DNA of 64,000 nt from NCBI GenBank assembly GCA_047639625.1, contig JBLIOG010000001.1, forward strand, positions 169 through 64,168, in the 5' to 3' direction. Positions 49,268 to 60,671 of the stretch are shown here, piece after piece (position 1 is the first letter of the stretch; each line of letters starts with the position of its first letter). The translations under genes and the position numbers were made by a program. The stretch is from Gammaproteobacteria bacterium. Its GTDB lineage: Bacteria; Pseudomonadota; Gammaproteobacteria; GCA-001735895. The notes under the pieces were generated by a model. That model worked only from the letters and a program-made list of their open reading frames with translations. It ran no database searches and was not told the DNA's origin.

Positions 49268-50116
49268 CTATTTTTCGGTTTCAGTTAATCCTTTTACGAA
49301 TAGTTTTTGCATGAAAATAACTACCAGGACTGGTGGTAACATCGCCAATAGAGTGGTCATCATGATGATATTCCATTCGGGAGACTGTTCTGCGGCCTCC
49401 AACATTTGTTTGATTGCCATAACAATAGTGAACATGCTTTGGTCGGTCGTGATCAATAATGGCCACAAATACTGGTTCCAGCCATAGATAAATAAAATGA
49501 CAAATAATGCGGCAATATTGGTGCGTGACATCGGCAACAATATATCGAAAAAGAAGCGCATCGGGCCGGCACCATCAATTCGTGCCGCTTCGAGTAATTC
49601 ATCTGGGATGGTTAAGAAGGTCTGTCGAAACATAAATGTTGCGGTAGCTGAGGCGATTAACGGAATACTAAGCCCCCAATAACTATTGAGCATGTTCAAA
49701 TTGGCGACGACTTCAAAAGTCGGAATAATTCTGACTTCAACAGGCAGCATCAACGTGATGAAAATCATCCAAAAGAAGGCCATGCGGAAGGGAAATCGAA
49801 AATAAACGATGGCAAATGCCGATAGTAGCGAGATCGCAATCTTGCCTGTTGCAATCATCAATGCCATCACCAGGCTATTGAATAACATCATGCCCACACC
49901 CTGGTTTGCACCGCCATCGATGCCGAGGTTTAAAGCTTGATTTAAATTGTCGAGAAAATAACGACCGGGTAGCAGTGGTAGTGGTATTTGAGTCATTCGC
50001 ACCGCATCATGGGTAGCTGCGACAAAGGTAATCCAGATCGGAAAAGCGATGATAGCAATGCCGAGAATTAGCATGCAGTGGCTCAAAAATGTGATTGCGG
50101 GTCTGTTTTCTATCAT
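49268..50116 (-). CDS. ugpE: sn-Glycerol-3-phosphate ABC transporter permease
   Basis: 282-aa MalG-type permease. Confidence 0.8.
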   Translation of the reverse strand: MIENRPAITFLSHCMLILGIAIIAFPIWITFVAATHDAVRMTQIPLPLLPGRYFLDNLNQALNLGIDGGANQGVGMMLFNSLVMALMIATGKIAISLLSAFAIVYFRFPFRMAFFWMIFITLMLPVEVRIIPTFEVVANLNMLNSYWGLSIPLIASATATFMFRQTFLTIPDELLEAARIDGAGPMRFFFDILLPMSRTNIAALFVILFIYGWNQYLWPLLITTDQSMFTIVMAIKQMLEAAEQSPEWNIIMMTTLLAMLPPVLVVIFMQKLFVKGLTETEK

Positions 50117-50352
50117 CCTGGAAACCGCAGTTGGACCGCGTTCAGATTGGTTTTGTGAGTTCGTTTGACCATGCTAAAAAACAGGGAAATGGCTAGCCCT
50201 TGCCGTTTTTTTAGCATAGTCAGGCGGGTGCGCAAGGCCGCGATGGAGGCAGTAGCGCTTTCACCCATCTGGTGAATTTCATCAGAACCGATATGTTTCA
50301 AAAATTCATACACTTAGCGGATACTCTAAACGATCAACTGCGGTTTTCAGGA

Positions 50353-51237
50353 TCATGCGTAGTCGACCTTTTTTTCGACGTAGCGAAACTGTATTACAGT
50401 CAGGCCGATGACGATTGCCATGAGAATGACCGACTGTGCGGCCGAACCACCGAGATCGAGTCCGACAAAACCATCGTTATAAACTTTATAAACTAGAATT
50501 TCAGTCGCTTTTGCCGGTCCACCTTGAGTAATCGCATGGATGATGCCGAAGGTGTCGAAAAAAGCGTAGACGATGTTTACCACTAATAAGAAGAAGGTTG
50601 TCGGAGAAATTAACGGAAAAACAATACTGCTGAAACGGCGTACCGGTCCTGCACCATCAATCGCAGCAGCCTCAATTAGAGATCTTGGAATCGATTGCAT
50701 CGCCGCCAGGAAGAACAGAAAGTTATAGGCAACTTGTTTCCAGGCGGCAGCTATCACCACTAGCGTCATTGCTTCACCACCGTTGAGTTTATGATTCCAG
50801 TCGTAACCCATGGCTGATAATCCGTAGGTCAATATACCGAGCGTCGGATCGAACATAAATACCCACAGTGCGCCCGCCACAACCGGAGCGACTGCATAAG
50901 GCCAGATTAATAAAGTCCGATAGACCATCGCCCCTTTTATCACCCTGTCTGCCATGGCGGCGAGAACTAGTGCAAATCCCATCGACAGACTCGCGACTAA
51001 TACCGAGAAGAAAATAGTGCGTTCGAAGGCGCCGAAATAGTACTCGTCTTCGAACAAAACTTCGAAATTTTCGAACCAGACAAATTCGGTACTTAAACCA
51101 AATGCGTCTTGAATCAACAACGATTGATACAAGGCGTGACCCGCAGGCCAAATGAAAAATACCAAAGTAATGATGATTTGCGGCAAGACCAGCAAATAGG
51201 GTAGATATGACGGGCCGAAATGAACTTTTTTGAGCAT
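50353..51237 (-). CDS. ugpA: sn-Glycerol-3-phosphate ABC transporter permease
   Basis: 294-aa MalF-type permease. Confidence 0.8.
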   Translation of the reverse strand: MLKKVHFGPSYLPYLLVLPQIIITLVFFIWPAGHALYQSLLIQDAFGLSTEFVWFENFEVLFEDEYYFGAFERTIFFSVLVASLSMGFALVLAAMADRVIKGAMVYRTLLIWPYAVAPVVAGALWVFMFDPTLGILTYGLSAMGYDWNHKLNGGEAMTLVVIAAAWKQVAYNFLFFLAAMQSIPRSLIEAAAIDGAGPVRRFSSIVFPLISPTTFFLLVVNIVYAFFDTFGIIHAITQGGPAKATEILVYKVYNDGFVGLDLGGSAAQSVILMAIVIGLTVIQFRYVEKKVDYA

Positions 51238-51315
51238 TTCTATTAAGTCGTATGATTAATCAGAGTCCTATCGGCCTGGCCGGGCCTACCCAGGCCGATA
51301 GGGTTTTAATGATGG

Positions 51316-52629
51316 TTATTTGTTCGCACGTTGAAATTTACGAAGTAATTTATTGCCACGTCGTGCGGCATCATCGAGTCCCTGAGAGGCAGTTTTACTG
51401 CCATTCCAGATCGCTTCCAATTCTTCGTTGATGACGTCGCGTACCTGAACAAAATTACCAAAACGGACACCGCGAGAATTCGGCGTAGGTTTGTTAAGGC
51501 TTAATTGCTTAATCGCGGTATCGGTTCCCGGGTTGGTATCATAGAAACCTTGTTTCTTCGATAACTCGTAAGCTGGCGTGGTAATCGGTACATAGCCAGT
51601 TTCTTGATGCCACCAGGCCTGGACTTCGGGTGAAGACAGGTAAGTCATGAATTTCGCGACACCTTTATATTCCTCTTTTTCGCCGCCTTTGAGCACCCAT
51701 AAGGTCGCACCACCGATAATCGAGTTTTGCGGCTTGCTTGCAGCATCAGTATCTAATGGCAACATAGTTTGACCAAAATCAAATTTCGCTTGTTTCTTGA
51801 TCGAACCGTAATAAGCCGATGAATTTAACCACATGCCGCATTCACCATTGGTATACATGGATAAGCTATCACCACGGCGACCGCCATAGGTAAATAATTT
51901 GTCCTTGGACCAGTCGGCGATACTGGCGATTCGAGCTTTCACCTTGTCGTTATTGAATGTGAAGTCGGTATCTAGTCCGGCGAAGCCATTTTCCATGCTA
52001 CCTACCGGAATATTGTGCCAGGCACTATAATTTTCGATCATCACCCAGGACTGCCAGCCGAAGGAAAAGCCACATTTATATCCGGCTGCCACTAATTTTT
52101 CAGAAGCACTTTTCATGTCACTCCAGGTTTTTGGTGGTGACGAGACGCCTGCTTTTTTGAAAGCATCTTTGTTGTACCAGAGTACCGGAGTCGAACTATT
52201 AAACGGCATTGATAACAACTCACCATCCGAAGTTTGGTAGTAGGAAATGACTGCAGGTAGATAAATAGACTTGTCAAAAGGCTCATTGGCATCCTTCATG
52301 ACTTGCTCGACTGGATAGATAGCGCCCTTGGCTGCCATCATCGTAGCGGTACCGACTTCGAAAACCTGCACGATATGCGGTTGTTCGTTGGCACGAAACG
52401 CGGCGATTGCTGCCGTCATGGTCTCGGTATAGTTGCCCTTGTAGCTCGGCTTAATTTCATAATCTAACTGCGACGCATTAAAATCTGCGGCGATTTTATT
52501 CACTCGCTCGCCATTCACACCGCCCATTGCATGCCACCATTGCACTTCGGTAGCCGCTAATGAGCCGGTTGAATAACTGCTGACCAGTAAGGTGGCCGCT
52601 ATGCAATACCCGATATTTTTCTTGATCAT
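51316..52629 (-). CDS. ugpB: sn-Glycerol-3-phosphate ABC transporter substrate-binding protein
   Basis: 437 aa with signal peptide MIKKNIGYCIAATLLVSSYSTGSLA. Family-1 SBP. Confidence 0.85.
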   Translation of the reverse strand: MIKKNIGYCIAATLLVSSYSTGSLAATEVQWWHAMGGVNGERVNKIAADFNASQLDYEIKPSYKGNYTETMTAAIAAFRANEQPHIVQVFEVGTATMMAAKGAIYPVEQVMKDANEPFDKSIYLPAVISYYQTSDGELLSMPFNSSTPVLWYNKDAFKKAGVSSPPKTWSDMKSASEKLVAAGYKCGFSFGWQSWVMIENYSAWHNIPVGSMENGFAGLDTDFTFNNDKVKARIASIADWSKDKLFTYGGRRGDSLSMYTNGECGMWLNSSAYYGSIKKQAKFDFGQTMLPLDTDAASKPQNSIIGGATLWVLKGGEKEEYKGVAKFMTYLSSPEVQAWWHQETGYVPITTPAYELSKKQGFYDTNPGTDTAIKQLSLNKPTPNSRGVRFGNFVQVRDVINEELEAIWNGSKTASQGLDDAARRGNKLLRKFQRANK

Positions 52630-52705
52630 TTTTGTCTCCCTTTACATTTAATTTATTCTATCAATGCGGATTGATTCTAAGAGGTTTGATTAGTGTTGGC
52701 TAGAC

Positions 52706-52834
52706 TTACTTGGAGCCATAAAAGAAAAGTGAGGATTTTAACCCAACTTTATTATAGATATCCCCGCGACGATTGCCTCGTGAGGCTATATGATACAAAG
52801 CCTTGGGGAACTTTAAGCGACGAGGTCTGGACAT
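52706..52834 (-). pseudogene. N-terminal remnant of a Y1 (IS200-like/REP-associated) tyrosine transposase
   Basis: MSRPRRLKFPKALYHIASRGNRRGDIYNKV matches the conserved N-terminus M-RP-R-I-E/F-P-G-A-L-YH-V-x-RGN-R-x-x-IF of the PF01797 family. The rest is missing, with degenerate out-of-frame pieces up to ~53110. Confidence 0.5.
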
Positions 52835-53489
52835 TAAACTAACTGAGCAATAGGTTTGGCTAATAACCACCAAACTTGATTGGCCCTGTTCTTTCAATTT
52901 ATCCAGTTTATAGACGATGTGCCCAGCCGTTGAGCCAGACAAGAATTGGCTGACAATCGGAACCGATATTTTTTTGGGACGAAAGCCGGGGCAATAATAT
53001 TAATGCTTGACCCTGATGGGTTGTCGACATGGAAGCAACGACCGGCGCTCCGGTATATAACCTTTTCTGTGCAGGAGCAAGACACGATGACTGGTGCACA
53101 TTTATTTGCGACACCGACCGAATGAAAAGACGGATGCAGATCGTCGTTTAACTTGAAGATCAGAATTGCCTGTTAATCAGCAAATATTTTAGTGATTTCG
53201 ATCGCTGATAACATTGAACTAGTTACCCAGGTGTCCTGGCAAGTAGTTACATATCGCAACCAGTATGTCCCAGGTTTTTATATCTAGTAAAAGTTTTCAT
53301 GATCAAATTTTTTCATTCGATTTACCAGGGGTCTGGCGGGCTTAGGTGTTCGTTGCGAGGGAAAGTTCGGATCGAGTCATATACTGTGTTCTTTTGATGA
53401 AAATAGTCATTCTATTTGACGATAAAGAACACCGTATTTGGCCAATTCCGGCTTTTCCACAGTAGAATCATCCTAAGTCCGACAGACTC

Positions 53490-54303
53490 CTAGCCTTTTG
53501 CATACCAGCCGTTGTCTACATACAATGCATCACCCGTGATAAAACTGGCTTCATCCGAGGCAAGAAAAACCACGGCTGCGGCAACTTCTTCAGGCTCGCA
53601 GATGAGCCCTTGCGCATCAGCAAGCGCACCCTCCTCCCAGGCCTGTCCGGCTTGATCAAGTGCACTAATTTCGCGTAAACCATGCGCTGTTTTGACAAAA
53701 CCCGGACATAACGCATTACAACGTATTCCTTTATCACGGTATTCAGCAGAAATCGCGCGAGACAGTTGTAATACTGCGCCTTTAGTCATGCAATAAAGCG
53801 ATTCTAGTGCGTAACCCAACTCGGACGCTATTGAGGCAGTAATGACAATAGAACCGCCACCATTATCGCTCATTTCTTTGACTGCTCGTCGACAAACCAG
53901 AAACGCTGAACGCACATTAATATCCATTAAACGATCATAATCAGCCTCTGTTGATTCATGCAAAGGTTTCACTGTTATGGTGCCCACGTGATTGAATAGA
54001 ACATTGTAGGCCCCAAATATTTCACCGACGCGATCAAATCGCTGCGTCTACCTGATTCGCATTGGAAACATCGGTTTCAATAAATTCGGCGGTTCCACCT
54101 ATTGCATGAATCATTTGTATCGTTTCTTCTCCCGCTTCTTTTTGGATATCGAGAATAGCGACACGTGCACCTTCTCGAGCGAAGGCCAGAGAAGTTGCTC
54201 GCCCCATACCAGCGGCACCTCCTGTTATTACTGCGGTTTTTCCCGCAAGCCTGCCGGTATGAGAATTGTTATCTTTGATGGTAGAACTCTCAATATTCGT
54301 CAT
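53490..54303 (-). pseudogene. Short-chain dehydrogenase/reductase (SDR) interrupted by a single-base frameshift
   Basis: N-part with TGGAAGMG (54303-54034). C-part with catalytic S...YxxxK and PG motif (53987-53490). The two are joined only by restoring one T in the TTT run at ~54030 (...DAAI|FDRVGEIFGAYNVLFNHVGTITV). Confidence 0.65.
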
Positions 54304-54369
54304 GCTTAATGCTCCGTTGATTTTTATCTGTGAGGCAATTCAGCCACTACTGACTGGATCGCAAAATAG

Positions 54370-55212
54370 TCAGGCGCGTACTGTTCTGATTTTTTGAAAA
54401 AAGATTGAAAATAGCTCTTCCTGCGAGGAAATGGCCAATTTGGCGTAAATATTTCGGCGGTGAATTCGCACTGTACCTACTGATATACCGAGGCTTTTGG
54501 CAATTGATTCAGAGGAATGCCCTTCAAGTACCTGAGCAACAACCTGGGTTTCTCGAGGTGTGATACGTGGGCCAAAAACATCACCTACCGTATCTTCTAC
54601 AATTGTTGGGTAGTCTCCTCCTGGTTCCCGATCAAACGCGTCGACTTCAAACCAGTCAGGTACAGCATGCCAATGTTGTTGTGCGAGACTGCAGATAATG
54701 GGTGCCACAGTTTCCAGTAATCTGAATTCACGTGCCGAAAAGCGCGGGCTTTTACCCGAACGCATTAATGAGATAACAATAGCAACGTCATGATGTAAAT
54801 AGCAGGAATAACTGATCTCCTCTGCTAGACCGGTGCGGACATAGTAGGAGCGATAATATTCACTCTGCAGGAACCGATCCGGAGCGATATCGCGTAAACG
54901 GTTTAGCCCAGCCTCGACCTTACGCCCGCAGGCTTTAAAAAAAGGATCGAGCAAATAGGGACCCTTAAGGTAGTCATCGACAAATACCACTCTTTCTTGC
55001 AGGGTAAAGCTGTGAAAAAGGCAAATCGGTTTTTTGTTCTGGTGATAGGCGAAACAAACTGAATAATCAAAACCGGTAATCGACTTGAGCGCATCGAGTA
55101 AATGATCAGTGAACTGATCCTTACCTAGCGCATCAATACATTCCGATAGTAAAGAAATCCAGATTGTATTTCCGAGGTCGATTTTTTTTGCACGACTGGG
55201 ATTATTCACCAT
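54370..55212 (-). CDS. LuxR-family transcriptional regulator
   Basis: C-terminal HTH TPRETQVVAQVLEGHSSESIAKSLGISVGTVRIHRRNIYAKL. N-terminal domain uncharacterised. Confidence 0.8.
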   Translation of the reverse strand: MVNNPSRAKKIDLGNTIWISLLSECIDALGKDQFTDHLLDALKSITGFDYSVCFAYHQNKKPICLFHSFTLQERVVFVDDYLKGPYLLDPFFKACGRKVEAGLNRLRDIAPDRFLQSEYYRSYYVRTGLAEEISYSCYLHHDVAIVISLMRSGKSPRFSAREFRLLETVAPIICSLAQQHWHAVPDWFEVDAFDREPGGDYPTIVEDTVGDVFGPRITPRETQVVAQVLEGHSSESIAKSLGISVGTVRIHRRNIYAKLAISSQEELFSIFFQKIRTVRA

Positions 55213-55371
55213 GACGGCATTTACTTTTATCGAGGTACTTATACAAAATCGTGAAATTCCTTAATGGACGGTATACACCTTAAATTGACCAAACTGTATG
55301 CATTTGGTATTTTTGCATGGTAGTATAATTTATCCGTAAAACTCAAGGACCAATTTTTTTGAGAATTAGAA

Positions 55372-56526
55372 ATGCCGTTATCAGGGGGAAAGTTGGGCGA
55401 GCAATCTACTAGTCAGCCGGAGATTGATATTGAATTTCGTAACGTTACAAAGCGTTTCGGCGATGTTTTAGCGGTCGACGACTTATCTCTTAGTGTCGAA
55501 AGGGGGTCGTTCTTTAGTTTTCTGGGGCCTTCGGGCTGCGGGAAAACCACATCATTAAGGCTCATTGCGGGTTTTGACCAACCCACTCAGGGCGAAATGT
55601 TTATTGGTGGCCAATCAGTGATTGGAACACCTTCTCACAAACGCCCGGTAAACATGGTATTTCAGCACTATGCTTTGTTTCCTCATATGGATGTTGCGCA
55701 GAACATTGGCTACGGATTGCGTCAGCGCAGTCCGAAACCCGCTAAGCAGGACGTCAGCAGAAGAGTTGATGAAACTCTCGAAATGGTTCGCCTGGAAGGA
55801 TACGGGCAACGTAAAGTCTGGGAATTATCGGGTGGGCAACAACAAAGGGTGGCGTTAGCCCGGGCCTTAATTAATCGCCCTACCTGTCTTTTACTCGATG
55901 AACCCCTGGCTGCACTCGACCGTAAACTTCGGCGCGAAATGCAAATCGAATTGCAAACCCTTCAACGCGATGTCGGCATTACTTTTATCCTTGTAACCCA
56001 CGATCAGGAAGAGGCTTTGTCGATGAGTGATCGAATTTGCATCATGCACGATGGCAATATCGTTCAGTCCGGTAGTCCTCGTGAACTCTATGACGAACCT
56101 GTTAATCGCTACGTCGCTGATTTTGTCGGTAAGAGTAACTTTTTTAGTGGAAAGGTCATCGAACAGAGCAATTCGCTTACAACAGTCAAACTGGATTCTG
56201 GCCATGTGCTTAACGGCATTCTGCCAAAAGGTTCCTCTCCACTCCCTATTGGACAAAAAGCCAGTATAGCTGTGCGGCCAGAAATGATTTCCATCACCAC
56301 TCAAGATGACGTAGACACGACTAATAACATCACCATAGAAGGAAAGGTGATGAACCGGATATTTCTGGGAGAGCACTCTGAATATTTGGTTGCAACCGAA
56401 GGATTTGGTGACGTAATGGTGTTATCTCCAAAATTCAAAGAACACGGCAGCAACGGGTTTTTGCCCGACGAAAGAGTCTCTCTTAGATGGAGACAAGACG
56501 CTGCACTGGTACTTGGGGATACATGA
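55372..56526 (+). CDS. ABC transporter ATP-binding protein (PotA/FbpC-like, polyamine/opine-type)
   Basis: Walker A GPSGCGKTT, LSGGQQQRVALARAL, plus a C-terminal TOBE-like domain. Confidence 0.85.
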   Translation: MPLSGGKLGEQSTSQPEIDIEFRNVTKRFGDVLAVDDLSLSVERGSFFSFLGPSGCGKTTSLRLIAGFDQPTQGEMFIGGQSVIGTPSHKRPVNMVFQHYALFPHMDVAQNIGYGLRQRSPKPAKQDVSRRVDETLEMVRLEGYGQRKVWELSGGQQQRVALARALINRPTCLLLDEPLAALDRKLRREMQIELQTLQRDVGITFILVTHDQEEALSMSDRICIMHDGNIVQSGSPRELYDEPVNRYVADFVGKSNFFSGKVIEQSNSLTTVKLDSGHVLNGILPKGSSPLPIGQKASIAVRPEMISITTQDDVDTTNNITIEGKVMNRIFLGEHSEYLVATEGFGDVMVLSPKFKEHGSNGFLPDERVSLRWRQDAALVLGDT

Positions 56527-56550
56527 GACCTTGTTGTACATCCGGCAACC

Positions 56551-57762
56551 ATGGTCTTTATATACAGATCGGATCGTTTTCGAAGAGGACACAACATGAG
56601 CAAAAGTAACGCCGATAACAACCCCATAAACGCTAAAAAGTTTATGCAGTATTTTCGCAGCTATGAGAATGGCTCAATTTCACGTAGACACTTCCTTGGT
56701 GTAACCGGGTTGGGTACAGCTATGGCTGTCATGGGTACTGCTGTGCCGTCACTCTGGCCAGGCAAGGCTCAAGCTTTTGGTGATCTTGGCGACAGACTTA
56801 TATTTTCTACCTGGCCCAACTATCAGAGTCAGGTCAATCTGGATGAGTTTACCAAGATGACCGGCGTCAACATACAGGTAAATGCTTTTGGTTCCAACGA
56901 AGAAATGCTAGCCAAATTACAGGCCGGTGGAACCGGTTGGGACGTATTTGTACCGACCAATTATACCATTTCAAACTATGTTGAACTCGATCTCATTCAA
57001 GAACTGGATCTATCTCGCATTCCAAACTATGCCGCTTCGGCGAACAATCCGAAATTTGCAGGACCAGCAACCATCGATGGCAAAGTCTATTGCGTTCCTA
57101 AGAACTGGGGCACGACTGGGTTTATCGTAAACACCAAAAAAATAAAGAGTAAACCTAAATCATGGAAAGACTTCTTCGATGTCACCATGGGTAAAGGTTC
57201 CGGCCATACCATTCTGCATGATTATCAGCTAACTACTATTGGTGGTGCATTATGCGCACTGGGATATTCATTTAATTCTATCGACCCGGGTGAGTTGGCC
57301 AAAGCTGAAGCACTATTAATTAAATCCAAACCGCATTTGTTTGCGATTACATCTGATTATCAACCTGGTATGCGCAGTGGCGATGCCTGGTTGTCTATTT
57401 GCTGGAATGGAGACGGAACGCAACTTAACCGTGATCTACCAGAAATGAACTACGTAATAGGAACTGATGGTGGCGAGATCTGGACCGACTTTTACGCCAT
57501 TCCAAAGGATGCACCGCATTTGGATGCTGCTTATGCATTTATTAATTTCATGCAGGACCCTTATATCCAGGCACGTGATGCAGAAGTTCATGGATATGCA
57601 CCCACTGATGCACGAGCGATTGCATTGCAACCGGACTCATTAGCAACCGATCCAATTCTGCATCCGGCTGCAGAATTAATGAGTGGACTCGAATTCGGCG
57701 CAGCACAAACCCTGACAGATGCTAATCGTGCGGAAGTTATGGCTCGTTTTAAGTCAGCCTGA
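56551..57762 (+). CDS. Periplasmic substrate-binding protein (PotD/PotF-like) with twin-arginine signal
   Basis: Tat motif SRRHFLGVTGLGTAMAVMG...AQA. The true start is probably MSKSN at 56596. Confidence 0.8.
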   Translation: MVFIYRSDRFRRGHNMSKSNADNNPINAKKFMQYFRSYENGSISRRHFLGVTGLGTAMAVMGTAVPSLWPGKAQAFGDLGDRLIFSTWPNYQSQVNLDEFTKMTGVNIQVNAFGSNEEMLAKLQAGGTGWDVFVPTNYTISNYVELDLIQELDLSRIPNYAASANNPKFAGPATIDGKVYCVPKNWGTTGFIVNTKKIKSKPKSWKDFFDVTMGKGSGHTILHDYQLTTIGGALCALGYSFNSIDPGELAKAEALLIKSKPHLFAITSDYQPGMRSGDAWLSICWNGDGTQLNRDLPEMNYVIGTDGGEIWTDFYAIPKDAPHLDAAYAFINFMQDPYIQARDAEVHGYAPTDARAIALQPDSLATDPILHPAAELMSGLEFGAAQTLTDANRAEVMARFKSA

Positions 57763-57786
57763 TCTGACTAGATAAGGACATTAACG

Positions 57787-58650
57787 ATGGGGGCAGGCAG
57801 CAAATCTAAACACTGGTTGACGGCGGCACTACTAACGCCGACTTTGTTGTGGTTTATTTTCCTGCTGATCCTGCCCCTGATCGTTATTCTGGTTTTTAGC
57901 TTTGGTGAACGCGCAGCTTTCGGTGGATACGCTGGTGGCTTTACACTTGAGCAATACGCGAATCTACCTTCTCGGCTTAAAGCTTTTCAGAACACGATGA
58001 CCATCGCTCCAGTAGGCACGCTCTTATGCCTGTTGGTCGCTTATCCTTTAGCCTACTTTCTGGCTGTAAGAGTTGATCGTCGTTACAAATTAATCTTGCT
58101 TGTCCTGGTCATTGTGCCTTTCTGGACGAGTTTGCTGGTGCGCACTTACGCCTGGATATTTATACTTGGTGGACGTGGTATTCCGACATTATTTGAATTA
58201 ATCGGAATTGAAGGCATGCGACTTATTAATACACCTGGAGCGGTTCTGGTCGGCATTGTTTACGGATACTTGCCTTTGATGGTTTTTCCGATATTCGTGT
58301 CACTCGAAAAGCTTGATAAAAGCCTGCTTGAAGCATCTAGTGATCTTGGCGGTTCACCGATTAAAACATTTCTACAAATTACTCTGCCTTTGTCGATGCC
58401 CGGAATCGCTACCGGTTGCATGCTGGTTTTTATTTTGTTGATGGGTGAGTTCCTTATTCCGGCTTTTCTTGGTGGGGGTAAAGTCTTTTTCATCGGCAAC
58501 GCGCTAGTGGATTTGTTTTTGCAGTCACGCAACTGGCCTTTTGGTGCGGCGGTTTCGGTGACCCTGGTCGTTATCATGCTAATAACGGTTAGCCTGTATA
58601 TGCGCATGATGATGCGTAATAAAACAGGCCGTGACGAATCACTGATGTAG
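57787..58650 (+). CDS. ABC transporter permease (PotB-like)
   Basis: 287 aa, six TM segments, EAS motif. Confidence 0.85.
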   Translation: MGAGSKSKHWLTAALLTPTLLWFIFLLILPLIVILVFSFGERAAFGGYAGGFTLEQYANLPSRLKAFQNTMTIAPVGTLLCLLVAYPLAYFLAVRVDRRYKLILLVLVIVPFWTSLLVRTYAWIFILGGRGIPTLFELIGIEGMRLINTPGAVLVGIVYGYLPLMVFPIFVSLEKLDKSLLEASSDLGGSPIKTFLQITLPLSMPGIATGCMLVFILLMGEFLIPAFLGGGKVFFIGNALVDLFLQSRNWPFGAAVSVTLVVIMLITVSLYMRMMMRNKTGRDESLM

Positions 58651-58662
58651 AGCGGATAGATC

Positions 58663-59475
58663 ATGCGAATTTACGCTATTTCAGTTTTTCTGTTTCTGTA
58701 TGTGCCGATAGGCATTATCGTCTTGTTCAGTTTCAATGCAGGCAGCCATGCCAGCGAATTACGCGGACTATCGATACAGTGGTACGGCAAAGCCCTCTCC
58801 AATCCATTTGTCGGTGACGCCTTTGTAACCAGTTTGATCATTGCTTTTTCAGTCGCTATTTTATCCAGTTTGATGGGGACAGCAGCAGCTTTGGCGTTAC
58901 AGCGGTTGAAAGGGCCTGTTCGTGTTTTGTTTGATGGATTAATATATATTTCCGTCATGATTCCGGGGATCGTCATCGGGATTGCGACGTTGGTAGCATT
59001 GGTGACTGTTTTCGATTTTTTAAATCCGTTACTGGCTTCAATATGGCCGGAAGGCGCAAAACCACCAAAGCTACACATGGGCTATGCATCTGTTATTGCA
59101 GCACATACCCTGTTCACCATGTCATTGGTTATCATTTTGGTTCGTGCAAGAATCGCGGGGATGGATCGGTCATTGATTGAAGCTTCGTTGGATTTATATG
59201 CAACGCCCTGGCGCACGTTTTATCAAATCACACTTCCACAGATATATCCTGCTATCTTGGCTGGCTTTCTCCTTAGTTTCACCTTCAGTTTTGATGATTT
59301 TATCATTTCATTTTTTGTCGCAGGAGCGAATACAACGCTGCCCGTGTATATTTTCTCGTCAATACGAAGAGGGATCACTCCGGAAGTAAACGCGATCGGC
59401 ACGATGGTACTAATTGGGTCGCTGATACTGCTATTAATCGCCCAATTCTTTTTACGATCGCGCAAATCCCGTTAA
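58663..59475 (+). CDS. ABC transporter permease (PotC-like)
   Basis: 270-aa permease with the EAS loop IEASLDLYATPW. Confidence 0.85.
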   Translation: MRIYAISVFLFLYVPIGIIVLFSFNAGSHASELRGLSIQWYGKALSNPFVGDAFVTSLIIAFSVAILSSLMGTAAALALQRLKGPVRVLFDGLIYISVMIPGIVIGIATLVALVTVFDFLNPLLASIWPEGAKPPKLHMGYASVIAAHTLFTMSLVIILVRARIAGMDRSLIEASLDLYATPWRTFYQITLPQIYPAILAGFLLSFTFSFDDFIISFFVAGANTTLPVYIFSSIRRGITPEVNAIGTMVLIGSLILLLIAQFFLRSRKSR

Positions 59476-60671
59476 ACCCCCGACTGGGCCCCGATGCTGA
59501 ATAAGTACAAAATAGGGGTCATATATGGACCCGTAATCAGAAGAAGCACAGGCTTCTAGAATAATTTCACGGTTGGTAGGTTGGTAAAAAATGCCAACAG
59601 GTATAACCGCTTGATTAAATACTATTTTTCGCCGTTGATTAACGGCACAAATCTGGAAGAATTTGTTGACTAGATCACTACCGATCCAGGTGATAATCTA
59701 GCCCATGGACTCGCTCCTACCTGTTTCAGGTTTTAGATTGATTGCGTTGCCATTCAATCTCGGCACATTGCGATACCGTTTCAAATGGACCGGGCCCCAT
59801 CCCATCAGGTCTATATTTTAGACTGTTCGGCTCTGACTGTCTGGCCATCCTTACGACCCCACGGTTCGCTTTTCGATTATAGCTGCCTGGGGTTTCGAGT
59901 ACGGACTGCGCGGCGATTTTGATAAACATATCTTCGATGGCAATCTGTCGGGACGGGACAGCACGAGCTTCGCCAAAAGCGCACAGTGCCCGCTTTGTTT
60001 TAAAGCAATCTAGCACCAGTTCCTGCCTCTTACCTGGCTCTGGCTATCTATCGGCTAAAATCTAAATCCAGGTCATATGATCAATTTTAAATCGTCGCCA
60101 GAATCGGCCAGGTCACCGCTGTATGGGTTGATGTTGCGGTTCAAACCGAGGCCGAAACTCACTTGATTGCTAGGGCCATTTTTTCGACAAATAGCGGATG
60201 TTGCACGAGGTCACTGGTCTTCTGAGAAAATAAATACTGCAATCGGACGATGAATCATTATAAAATTCACGTCGAATTCCAATATAATTAACATCGTCGA
60301 TAGCTGGATTGCTGTAGACTTTGTTAACGATCCGAAAGCTCCAACTGTGTTAAGTGGATCCCATTCGGCGGTCTCCCTTAATCTTCCATTCGATGCAAAG
60401 CTTTTAGGCATTTACCAATAAAGCATGAAAGAACATGTCGAAGACAGTTGTGAAATTTAGTGTCGAGAAAGAAACCAGGCACAGTGCGCTTTACTGGGAA
60501 GAACCAGAAGAAGGTAAAGCGCCCATTGTGGGTCAGTTACGGAAATGATTTTTGAGTAACAGCAAAATTTTAGAAATTACCATCGATAAAAAAATCAAAC
60601 CTCATTGACTTGCACTGACGGTGTGCCGAGTTAAATTAGCCTATACCTTCTGCCATCTTCTATGACTCTCC

